A stretch of DNA of 64,000 bases from Trichoplax sp. H2 (Eukaryota). The notes below the pieces were generated by a model. It made no database searches and was not told the DNA's origin. It worked only from the letters and a program-made list of their open reading frames with translations. Shown in pieces: positions 26,401 to 38,700 of this stretch. A program made the translations under genes and the position numbers. Location of the stretch: positions 1 through 64,000 of the forward strand of contig NOWV01000146.1 of the NCBI GenBank assembly GCA_003344405.1, written 5' to 3'. How positions within the stretch are numbered: the stretch's first letter is position 1; each line of letters begins with the position of its first letter.

Positions 26401-27876
26401 ATTAAGTAGTAGTATCATGCTTCCATCGACGTCCTGGAATTGTACTGAGTTCGAGTTGCAATGTTCTATTACAGATCCAGATCTACTACGAATGCTCACA
26501 CGCGGTCAATTCATGGTAAGTTGGATATCGTTATCGACTGCACTAATTCATGTATTGCAGTATTCTTGTGACATCAGCAAGAATACGATCGCACCAAATG
26601 CTACAGATTGAAAAGATGGTGCAACTGCCTACACGCTTATCTAGTCAAATTGAAATTAACCGCATTTGAAATTAGAAATGATACGTGATGATGACAAATA
26701 GGTTTAACGAATTGCGTCAATGTGTGATTCTCTATTGATGCAGGCGCAAAGTTACAAGTAAGGTATGCAAAATATTGGTTAGAGAAGATGCAGAATGGTT
26801 GGATATGCAAACATAGTCATATAGTACAGTACTGTAGAAGGGTAAAATTAGACATTAAGTGTATAAAACCAAGCAAAATATATAACGTATATAGTATGCA
26901 TATTAAAGTGGTGATATCCAATAATCTACTTACAGCGATGACCTTATTCTTCCAGGAGTTTCCATTAGGGGCAACGTTTATCCCAATTGCTCGTAACAAT
27001 TTGACATGAACATCCACTGCATATTGTGCATCTTCATCATCCGCTATAAGAGAAATTTGGAAATCAAAACATATTAAGAAATGAATTACACAATACTCCA
27101 TGACATCATGACATAATATGCAGAAGACCGAGATTAATGGAATGTGGGGTGCGACATCGGAGGAACTAGAGCACAAACTAGTAAGTCCTCGTGTGTTCTC
27201 ATAGTTGCAAAGACTGCTGCAATCAACATTCCTGCAGCATCACTGTGCTTCACTATACAGTGTAGAGTTACAGTAGCCAGAAGCTGGTAACTTAGCCTTG
27301 AGCATGCATTTAATAAGGAAAACAAAACTATACTACATACTCTAGAAAGCAAAATACAGTATTGAAATTCGTGGAACGTGCAAGATATGACATCGAAGTA
27401 AATTAATTTACTAAGGCACAAAATAGTCTTTCCTTGCGTGCACCTGTAGTTGCAAAGATTCGCGTAATCAACATGATCACAATGTTCCTGCACTTACCGT
27501 AGCCAGAAGATGTTAACTTAGCATCGGGCATGCATTTAAGTAGTACAATAAAGTACAAAAGGTAATATACGAGACTAGACCTCACGATGACAAACTGACG
27601 CTCGCTATAGTATGGTAGTATGTCGATTTTACCTGACAATGATGTATTGATTTGCAACACGAATTGACACTTGCCTTGATTGCTTCCGCTGTGTAAAGCG
27701 AGAAAGCCTCGGTCCAATATTTCAATTTGTAGCTGTGCTAATTTACAGTAACTACTGAATAACTTTAGATAGGAACATATCACCGCAAAATCTGGATAGA
27801 TAGAGGCAGACCAACGACGCTGATTATGGACTGTTGCTGCAGATGTCAAGATCATGTTTTGATTCGTATTCGCCAT
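23410..27876 (-). CDS. RSF1: Remodeling and spacing factor 1 homologue (DDT-WHIM-PHD)
   Basis: Exons ~27876-27675, 27043-26934, 25765-25667, 25515-25387, 25078-25002, 24918-24744, 24642-24538, 24331-24252, 24173-24134, 24034-23514 and 23416-23410 join in frame. Motifs: PDFAVICSYL, VDVHVKLLRAIG, LCEAQFDKN, LRQQPIGRDRFGLVYW, PHD finger (CTAC..LLCDSCNAGYHMSCLRPPL..IPDGNFYCPFC), RRSNRARKEINYNFQEYDDLIDGAIE. The 3' end is uncertain (unspliced stop at 23486). Confidence 0.88.
27190..27560. repeat. Diverged ~230 bp tandem duplication in RSF1 intron 1
   Basis: tagttgcaaaga..aatcaacat and gtagccagaag..taacttagc..gcatgcatttaa each occur twice. Confidence 0.6.
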
Positions 27877-29829
27877 AATAATATTTTGCTAGCTGAGCAA
27901 TGGAATCCCTCTTGTTCTTGCAGGGTTAGTTTCAGCTTACACTAGTACTCTAGAAGTCAATAATTGATTGACAATAATATTTTCTTCTATCGATCTTTCT
28001 GATCACCTCTTGTTATTAGCTAATCTTGAATGATATTCATAAATTACTTACATGACCGAAATCAGCACTTCTACCAGCTCCATGGAAAGTGCAAGTAAGC
28101 AGTAGCCATGTTGACTTGACTGCCTCAGCCGGACTGACTTTGGTCGAGTTGGCGAATACAGTATCTACTGAAGGGTACAGTACATTCTACACTAGAATCT
28201 ACAGTATAATGCACTGTAAGCAACAGATCGTAAAACTAAGTCCAGGCAGGCTGTCCCCTATTGCCAGTACAGGAGAGGAAATTTCCAATTCAACTGGCCA
28301 ATAGTAGTAAACAAATGAACGGTATCGTACGCTATACTATACCAGTATGATATGATCAAGCACAGTCTGACTGGGTAGAGCAATCATGGCGGGAATTACG
28401 AAAATGATGCATATCTTTTTCCAGAAAATCCAGCCATTTTTTGATGTTGTAGAAAGGATAAAAGATCAAAAATACATTTTGTGGTTCCCGGTCATGGACT
28501 TTGGAGAGAAATCTAGATTCTACAGTAGTAGTCTATGTACGAATCCACGATACACTTCGTAGAGGTGCTTTGGTACAGCATTATGATTATGTGCTGTATA
28601 ATTAATTAGTCTTAAGATGTCCACCGATGTCACACCGATAGTGGACATTTGACAGGAAATGCTCCATTTCGGAGTCGTAATAAGTGCGTCTTACAATAAC
28701 TATCTTAGTCAAATGGTATTTTTCTTAATGGCTTTTATTACAAGGTTTTAGGAACAGTAGAGCAATAATTGATTACTACAAGAATCTAGTCTAAAGTTGA
28801 AAGAATTCCGAGCTCAAAGCGAAGTGAACTCTCTTCTCCCTCGTCAGCTCATCTCTGCAGTTCTTATATATGTTATATACATTTAGTTAAATCCATTTTA
28901 TGACAAATTGATAAATCTACAATCAGACATGAGTCAGTAAACAAAATACTTCTCTCTAATAGTACATCATTATTTTCTACTATCGAAATCATTCTCCTTA
29001 AGATGTCACTACTCTTCTATTAACGTCTAGCCCCTTTCTGCGAAGGGGATCTTAACAACTACAATGTTTCTAGCTACATAAATCTTGTACCATAATTAGT
29101 CAACTGGCTACTATTAGTTCTAATATAGTAGTTTAGCAATCATCTAATATTAGCTTCACGATAATATCGATCTATTCAAAGTTACCTAACTATATCAAAT
29201 ATAGCTATCCGTATAATCAAATATGCCTACATCACTACAGGAGTTAAAAGAGCTTTACTTTGAGCTTTCCTCTACGGTTTTACCCTCACGATTTCTTACT
29301 GTATACGTACATCACTCGAGTACTTGGGTCGCAGCGCTACTCAAAATGGCCGACCATGTCGCTTGCTGTCGGCCTACAGCAGTTGACTGCAATCATTAAA
29401 TTAAATAAAATTCAATACCTTAGTGCGTAAATGACAACTCCAGCTAGTGGTAGACTAGGACAGCTCGAGTCTCTATAAATCAAATGCAGTGATGGTGGAT
29501 TATGGTTTATAAAATAGGAATGAATTGATCAAAGAATTGCATAACACTTTGTTGGATAGAGTGCGGTATAAAATATTGACAATTTGCTTGCTGTACATCG
29601 AGCATACGGTATTCTCTTATGGATTGCAATAAAAGTAAACTTTTATCTTAAATTAGTTTTGCCCAACTTGATTCTAAGGTAGTTGAATACAATTCAATAC
29701 ATATACATATAGATAGATAGATAGCCTTCCTTATTACTGGTAGCAATCAATTCTAATCGCTCGCTTCATTTATACAGTACTATATAATGATAATAATGCT
29801 AAGGACGAGACTTACAACAACAAGGAATA

Positions 29830-30870
29830 GGTAATCTAGTGTATAAATAAATGTATCATTAGACAATAATTTCAAGGCAACAATTACCTGTTCAAAGAGA
29901 AATGAAGAATCTAGTTGTAGTGTAAACATTCCATATATAAGATAGAGTTACTAGCTTTTGTTGACTAATTAATCAGAATCAGGCTTGTTGAACAAATGTC
30001 AACATCACTATTGATAGGTGTTAAGGGAAATTATGTGAGAATTAACTCATTAACGAAATGACTGTAGATTATATTAATGTTTGCATAATAATCAACTATG
30101 ATTGGTTAATGGATTGCTATATTAAAATAATGTTACATCACACCTATACTCTAGAGTTTGATGAGCTGGTATGGTAAATTCAACGATTTATATTGGAAAT
30201 AACGCTAAGCCGATTCTGTATAAATAGAGAGAGATATATCAAGATAGTAGTCTGTCACCTATTTTACTGCTTCGGTTTTATTAGATCCGCTCGCAAGCCT
30301 TTAAAGGTATGTAAGAAACACTACTATTACCCGAACCACAATTAGAGCTATTAGACGAAGGGTAATCTTATAGGACATACTGTAGGTCAATATACTTATA
30401 TTAATTTCAGGCAACAATTACTAATAATGGGTGGGTAATTTAGTATAGGATATATTAAAGTAAATGCATTCAATAACTTCAAGGCAAAATTACTTGTTAA
30501 TAATAGTAATCTGTAAGGATAAGTCAATGTATCAAGACCATAATTCAAGGCAATTACGTTTTTATTTTGCATCTACTAACGACCAAGTGAGAGAGTGAAA
30601 AGTTTGAAACGCAATTATAGACACGGTAGTCATAATGCGATGAACACAATATATTAAATTTGAGCGTAAAGAGGAATTTTTTGCCTAACTTTATTATGGG
30701 TATTTGATTAGAATGAAGATATAGCCTATCTTATTACATGTAGCAACCTGTTTTAATCACTCTTATCATTATAAGATAACATAATATTAAACATGAGACT
30801 CATGTCAATGGGAAATGAGTAATTCATATAAATAAAGGTATTGTTAGACAATCATTTGAAGGCAACAACT
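29830..30870. repeat. Degenerate ~55-70 bp repeat, five copies
   Basis: Motif gtaat...(ttagac)aataatttcaaggcaacaatta at ~29830, 30360, 30434, 30505 and 30818. Confidence 0.55.
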
Positions 30871-31588
30871 AGGTTTAGTTTGCAGCCCAGCGGATTGATA
30901 AAGTATTTTAAAATCGAGCGATTGAAAAATCCTCAGATTATTAGAACTCGGTATGTGTAGAAAGTGGTGAATGGCAAGAGAAATGAACGCTGAGTATGCA
31001 GAGATATTATAATTATTGAATCCCATAATCTCTGAACGAGAATTATACTGTTACCGTACTATTCATAATTAATTCTTGCCTTCATGCATTAAATACATAG
31101 CAATAGAATTATACTTCTAACTGACTTATCCATACGTAAATGTACCTTATTAAGTTAAAATGAAATTTTTTTAAGTTCCCCGTCGCCTTAAAATATGAAC
31201 GAATGTAAATATTTCGAGCCGCAGGAGATAGCTGCAGTTAGGATGGAATCAGTTAATAATTATTAAGAATAAGGGTCAAAGAATGGGATATGTCACAGTA
31301 CATGAAAATTGTTCAAGCGATACATGCAAGCCGTAAAGTCATAACCTGCTACCGTCGAAGAATAACTTTTTCGGTACTAAGCTCATCTTAAAACATTCAA
31401 TTACTTCCTATGGATATAGCAAAGGTTTTACGTTTATAATATAAACCGAATGTCTATACTTGTATAGAGTTGTGAGGCTTTAGTAAATTGTAACACACTT
31501 TGAAACAACGCCGATAAGAAAGTTGGTAAACTAAAATTAAGTTTTTGGTATAGTCCGTTAGAAAGTTTGCTAATACCGATCATCATCT

Positions 31589-34500
31589 CTATATTCCGGT
31601 TTCTCTGTTCATGATCGAATAGATGGGTTTGTAATTCTGTAACTGAAATTAAAGTAAAATATTACGATATCATCAATTTAACTCTAACATTTTTATGCAA
31701 TATCATTGGACAATCTATTCATTTGACCTATTTATAAGACATTAACCAGAGCTAAAAATAGCAATTTACAGCATTGGCTTCATTATATGCTAAAGTATTA
31801 ATCTAGAACATGTTGATGCAGAATCTTGAATATTTATTCGCTATAGACTATGCTTGCTTAGCCACTATACTACAGCTTATGAATTCTATTTCGCATTTAT
31901 TACATCATCACAGATTCCCCTAGATTTAACTAATTCAACTCAATCTCATCAAATTATTTCATCGTAGTTATTGCATATGAACTAAACGATAAATGCTATA
32001 CTGAAATAATTTGCAATTTCAATATCTCATTTTCATGGCAGTAATAGTGACTGCATCAATAATCGCTTACCCATTCTTGAGTTGCTTTCCATTGACATCT
32101 ATTATCAACCGGTGGGCTGGCATTATTCTGAAAATTTTCATTACTTGTTACATTATTATCTGCCTTTAACTTGCATAATACGGCCAGTTCCTCACATAAT
32201 AGCTTGATACTGTTACGATCATTCATCAGTAAATTAACTTGGCTGGGATATCGTATGGCATCATGAAATACTTCAACTGTTAAAAATTTGCCCAATAATG
32301 CTTTAATTCTTTTGCCCTAGATATTTTACATATAATTACACAAGTACAACAATATCATTAGCAATTTTTCAATATAATTCATGATTTTAAATAAATTTAT
32401 AACTTTATACAGTCACAAGATCGCACTACAACACTATATGTGACATAACATTCAGGTATTTAAGTGGATGAGTTCATTGTACTGCCCTATGTATTGCAAA
32501 ATGATTCTGTTAAGTACCAATATAATATTGATGCAAGAATAATTCTATTTATGACGCACAAGGCCAAATTCGAAATTAATGACTGAATAAAGAAAGTATT
32601 ACAATTACTCTAATATATTACGGTAGGTATTTCATATTGTAGCTTAAAACGATACTAAAATTCACGTTGTACTCGGCAAGAACTAAATTTCCCACATAAT
32701 TATAGCATTTAGTGTAATAAATTAGAACATGTTACATTACCAATTAAACTAATTTACGATCAAGATTAAATGATACTCGTGTAGTTATGATCGAATTATA
32801 AATTCGCATATGAGTTCGATAATAAAAAAATAATAGACTGTAATATATCACTAATCATATTGTCATCTATTGATATTCGCTCTTGCATACATATTATAAA
32901 TAAAATCCATGATTTACCTTGCTAGAAATAACAATATATACGCTGTCAGTGCTGATACTACCATGGATAATTAAATGTGATTGTAGTGAATTGACGGCAA
33001 TTTCAATATCTTGAACAATGTGAGTAATACTTTCAGGAGTTAAATATTCAGATTGGCAAGAAATGAAGTCCTTTAATGTACATATATCTTCGCCAGATAA
33101 GGCGTAACATACTAATCTAAAAGATACGATAGTGTATATTACAATAGTTTTAGATGAATGACTTGAGCAAACTTTCCTGATTCATGAAATATATATTTAA
33201 TATACCGACGCATAGGTTAAATCTAAACAAGAAATTTAGTTTATCACTCAATATTAGATCATAAAATCTCAACAGAGATGCTTAACATGATATAAATATA
33301 GCCTATGACCTACAGTTCCTTATCTAGTTGTATCTTGAGTTTTTTGGTATCTATATTACACTTTTCGCCTTCCCTAAACCATTTATGTTCAGCAATGTTA
33401 TGTAACTTCCAACTGTATAGCTTCATATTACAATAAAACTGTTTCTCTTTCTCCCAGAATTTCCTTTCCTTCTTCTTGTAGCAACTCAGCCAAGCCAATA
33501 TACTTTCATTATCATGTTGGCTTGTTAGTCTTACCTTCAGACAGTTCTAAAAAATAACATTTATTCTTAAATTTCATATCTATCTTGATCAAATAAAGAA
33601 ATATAGCCAAATTACGCTATAACATGATTAAAACTGGATACTAGATTGCGGGAATAAATCATACAATTATTACTTATTCATTTACACTACTCAATAAAGA
33701 TATACAAGGCCCTCACTGTAAAGTAAGAAACCTTACTTTATTCTGTTTAAATTAATGCATTTGTTCGAAATAGATTAATTAAGATAAGCCATTCTATTAG
33801 CTATTCGACATTAGAAAGTAGTTAGTTTGTTTATGAATACGCACAAAATAAGAATTAGATTACTAAATTAAGTTATTTATTTACTAGCTCTAGTAATAAC
33901 TGGAAATCTTGAACGATAGAAATCTTATAAAAAAACAGAATCACTATCATTTCATAAATGATGCAAACGGCTAAGGTACGCCTAATTCAATACCGGTATA
34001 TATTTTATTAAACAAGGAGGTCAATAACAAAATCGGACGAAAACATCCTTAATTAAATTCAAATTACGACATTATTAAAATATTTCATCTTGTTACCATA
34101 TTCTCTAGCAATTAATCACGTACTTTTGAGATACTAGATGTCACTGATGATGGTAAAATCAAAATTTTCTTATATTGGTGGAATTGATTTATGCAATCTA
34201 ATCAGTTCAATCAGGTTTATAAAAGAAAAAATTACGATCAGTACAAACTCTCTTCAAGGCTTTAATTAACATCAAGCTAGCGGTTTAGTCAATAGTTAAT
34301 TTATCCTAGGAGATATTTGGTATCCATAACTATAGATTATAGTGGTATAGACTCTATGCTAGAGTAAAGATGATTATATACATTAAGGTGTTGAGCTACT
34401 AATAAGGCTATAGGTAAAAATAGAACTGTAAATCATGCATTAGGATATGGTTAATTCATTGTACTTTGGCTGGTGTGAATAATGTCTACGTAAGTACTGT

Positions 34501-34652
34501 AGTCGTATCCATATTGGATTAATGATGGTCCGCAGTAGAATAGTCTTTACTAAGAATAATTTAACTATGTGAAATATAAGGTATAAGGTTGCCATGCAGA
34601 ATGTAGCTGCGAATGCTACGAAAAGTATAGAAGCATGCAACTTTAGATTATT
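31589..34652 (-). CDS. Probable protein-kinase-like pseudokinase, possibly single-pass membrane
   Basis: Exons 33546-33314, 33116-32918, 32316-32071 and 31642-31589 join in frame: ERKFWEKEKQFY..HNI..LLVCY..TLKDFI..LTPESITHIVQDIEIAVNSLQSHLIIHGSISTDSVYI..IKALLGKF. A candidate upstream hydrophobic exon at 34652-34551 is phase-compatible. Start codon not resolved. Confidence 0.6.
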
Positions 34653-35718
34653 CTGTTAGTTCGTTCTTGAAGTTTTTAGTAGTAGTATTCGGCTAGAGTA
34701 GAGCTGTGTGTAGTTAATCTTTGTATAAGATTCAATAAAGCCCTTGTTTTTCTAAAATTTGGAATCTCGAGATTGGTATATATCGCACTTCGATTTTAAA
34801 TAATATGTGATTGAATCCGTAATAACTTCTATTAATTTATTTTCAGTCTTAAACAATCTAGCAGTATATCATCAATTTATCTGCATATTCGATTTCGCTA
34901 TTCTTCATAGAGAATAATTGTCACACTAAACGCCTGTCTACCACATTTAGTTTACAGATAGGACAGACTTATGAGGAAATAAGGAAATAAAACAATTATA
35001 GTGAACTGTTTGGAATTATGTGGCGTATGATGTTTATCTTCATATAGTACTGAGATATTAGGATAGTTCGATTTTATTAGACTCTAATATGTTGAGATAC
35101 AGTGAATAAATTATCGTGTTTAGAATTTTCAGACTGGACACTATTATTGTCAATCCTAGCCGTGTTATAGGTCCAAAGCTACAATATCAGTACAAATATA
35201 AATCCCTTTTAGGTGCACATATTATTACCATACTTAATATAGCTGGAACCTATCACCACCAGTTTACTAACACTATCCTACGGCTAAGACCTTGCTATAT
35301 TGAATCGAAATAAAGCAATAATATCTAAGCTACAATTATTTAAATAATTTCTCAATAGAAAAGTAAAGAAAATAATTTTCAGATATAGAGTTTACTGATA
35401 TTTACAAATAACACTACACAAAGAAAATCAGGATTCTGCCATTTTCCGTTTAATATTCTTCTTGTTTTGAAATATCAAATAACTCTTCTAATTTACTGCT
35501 GTAAGCTATCGAAATATTCACTGGAATGTACGCATATAATTGCTTATTCAAATTCTTAAAATGTTAAACCAGAAAATTGATACTGTTTGTATGAGTCTAT
35601 ATTCCAAATCGCCTAAAGATTTCTGAAACATTGTGGATCTCAACTTTCCAATACTGCGACGAACTACAATTACTAGTACCTTATGTTGTAATTCTGATAT
35701 GATTACTATTGCCTTGTT

Positions 35719-38700
35719 TCACATAGTTTTTGTATGGTAACATAACTTTGCGGGAAATACTAAAAGTGTGACACAGTATCAAGTTTAAAATATATAATTT
35801 CCATATTTCAGCAAGACTATTCAGTAGAAATGCGCTGATATATGGTAATAATAAGTAAAGAACCTTATTTTTCCAAGAAGTCCAGCTAGATAATACGGGT
35901 ACATCTAATTATGTCAATGCTAATAGAATATATAAATACCGTAATACTTACGCCTATTAAAGCTATGCGCTTGATTTTTCTTCAGATTATTACTTTTTTC
36001 CGATTCTGTTATGCGAAAGCAGCAAATGAAATTTCTCATAATTGTAACGGTATGATCAATGAATGTTTTAGTAAACATTGTGTATAGAATTGGATTGATA
36101 CATGAATTTAAAGGCAAAGATAAGACGGCAACAAATGTTAATAAATGAGTCTCCAACTCAGATATAACTATGCCACGAATCAATACAATGTATAATGGTA
36201 GCCAACATATAAGATCAGTAGCTACTATTGTAATCATTTTAGCAAGAACAATTTTTTCCAAAGTAGATATTTTCCGCCTGGCTGCTTTGCGTGATTTAGT
36301 TAAATCGATTATAATGGTAAAATACATAATGCTAATGATGATCCAGATCATGAATGTGACACCACAGTAAGTTAGTAACCATAATTGCAAGATTGGATTT
36401 TCGATATTACCAGGTAGGCAGACAGCATTAGTGGCATATAAACGATTGTATGGAGGCTGATTATTGCCATAAAGTAGCGGTATGCCCGCAAACATAACTG
36501 CAATTGACCAAAATATAACGAAAATGAATATAACCAGTCGCCTTGACAACCGATAGTTATGAAATGGGTAGATTAAGAATAGAAAACGGTCTACTGTGAT
36601 GATAAACATAATGAGTGTTGACATTAACGTCGAAACTGAGACAAGAAATGATGATGCTAAGCAAAATGGACTCCTTAACCAAACTTCGTGATATTGGGAA
36701 AAGTGTCCGGCAAAATAGACGTTAGCTGATGCGATAATAATTAAGTACAATCCCATCAATAAATCAGCAGCAGATAGATTAATAATTAGTGCTCTGACTA
36801 TAGTATCATCTTTCTTTTTAACACTTGCATGCCACATAATGGATAAAATATTTTCAATGATAGATAGAATACCAACAAGCCAAATAAAAATTCGTAATAT
36901 TTCATGTGATAAAATATCATTACACGTTGAAAGGCTGAATTGATTAGGTAACGGTCGGCATATACTAATAGTCTTTGGGGCATGGCAACATAGATATTCT
37001 CGAGATGAAAATCTAAAAATCAAAGTTACGCCTATTATATATAGAAACATCTTTGGCTATCTGCATTAAGAATTGCATTTCCTTCACATTACTAGGAAAA
37101 TTAATTTTCGAAGTTAATCAAATACTATATTTAAGCTTGTTTCTTAAAGTTTAAATGACTTAAGCATTGAAAGATGTTAAAAATGACGTCGATTGAAATA
37201 TATCGATAGCAATTAATATATAAGAGACATTTTTATCTCTTAAGTCGCACGATATTAAACTCATAATTAACCTATGATCCCAGAACTAAAGCAGGGATGG
37301 CTTAATTAAAGCATCCACTATACTGTACTGTAATGGAACTCTATTTTGTGCGGCAGGGGTTATTGACTGACCTATGATATTAATAATAATTGCTAAATAA
37401 GAATAGAATTTAGGTTACTTACTGTCACAAAACAGCTTTGCAACAAGATAACGCAATATACGATCAATAAGTCAATTCCTTGAACCATGTATCAAGGAAT
37501 GATATCTGCACTATCACAAACACTTTTTTGCTCAACTAGCAGACTATACAAAGACTTAGACGCCTCGTATTTTACGTTAAACACTAAGTTTGAGAATTCA
37601 CTTTATTACACGATATACTGCATTTATATACTATTCCTCAATAGCTCATGAGTCATAGTTAATACAATTAACATTGGAATCATTTACTGAATTAGATATT
37701 AATTTTAGCTACTGCTCCCTTAATGCAGACAACAGTATTTACGAACATAGACATGTAATGACTAATACAGAATAGTCAGATTACGATATGTCCTATCACG
37801 GAACATTTCCATGATAATTTGCAATCTACCATAAGTAAATTACAATCACAATGATTGGAACAGTAAGTAGATGATTTGTATTTCCTATTATAACTATTAA
37901 TTTCAGTATGTGTATAAGTGTCACTGTCATAAAAAGTCAGTGCTATATTAAAACACAGTATATCCAAATTAGAAGTTAACTAAATAAGGATAGTCTAACA
38001 GAATTATCCTAACATAGATATTTCTACTGTAATACAGTATATAACACTGTAACACTTACAGATCCGTTATTTCGCCAGCTCCAATTAATGAATATCTGGA
38101 GAATTGAATCAAAGGATTGTTTTTTATGTTTCTGTGAAAATGAAATTGCAAGGATACTGAGTCGATTAAAATCTCAACTAGCCACAAACTTAGTAGATTT
38201 GAATGTGTAATCATTTTTATGGTCAATAAAATAGCGATTTCTCCAGGTAATAAATACCAAGAAACTTCTCTATTCACTAGTTTTGAATTCTTAAAGTTTC
38301 GAGCAGTAATCGTAGGGTATTTAATCATTATTAGACTGGATAAATCGGAGATTTCGTCAGGCAATAAATACATTGCAATTTATTATCTACTATTCTTGAT
38401 TAAAATAATTTTCTTACAGTTGTCGTAATTTTTTAAACCCCGCTAAACAGTATGGTCCAAGCGTCACGATGTTATTATCGTCGACACTCCTAAACAGGTA
38501 TATTTTCGATTTCGTTAGCTAAATTTGTTTAATACCTTATGATCAATTTAATATTCTATAAAAATAAATGTTACATCAATGTAGAACTAAGCATATCTTT
38601 TAATAGGTAGATTTACACGTACAAAAGTTCCAAATTTGAAGATGCAGCGTCAGGAGTTGTACATATATCAGTTATATTATTTCTATTAAGAAGCCTATGT

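Noticed and set aside
26417-27493. Several 64-119 aa ORFs inside RSF1
   Set aside because: They are intronic or antisense, partly produced by an intronic duplication; only 27043-26934 is a real exon.
28387-28563. 58-codon plus-strand ORF divergent from RSF1
   Set aside because: Short, with no recognisable motif or supported splice partners.
29343-29375. YY1-like AAAATGGC motif in a small GC-rich patch
   Set aside because: A single imperfect motif with no downstream gene identified.
38205-38378. YLLPDEI / YLLPGEI repeat in ORF 38056-38373
   Set aside because: A ~120 bp intronic duplication without proper splice sites; only 38131-38060 is an exon.
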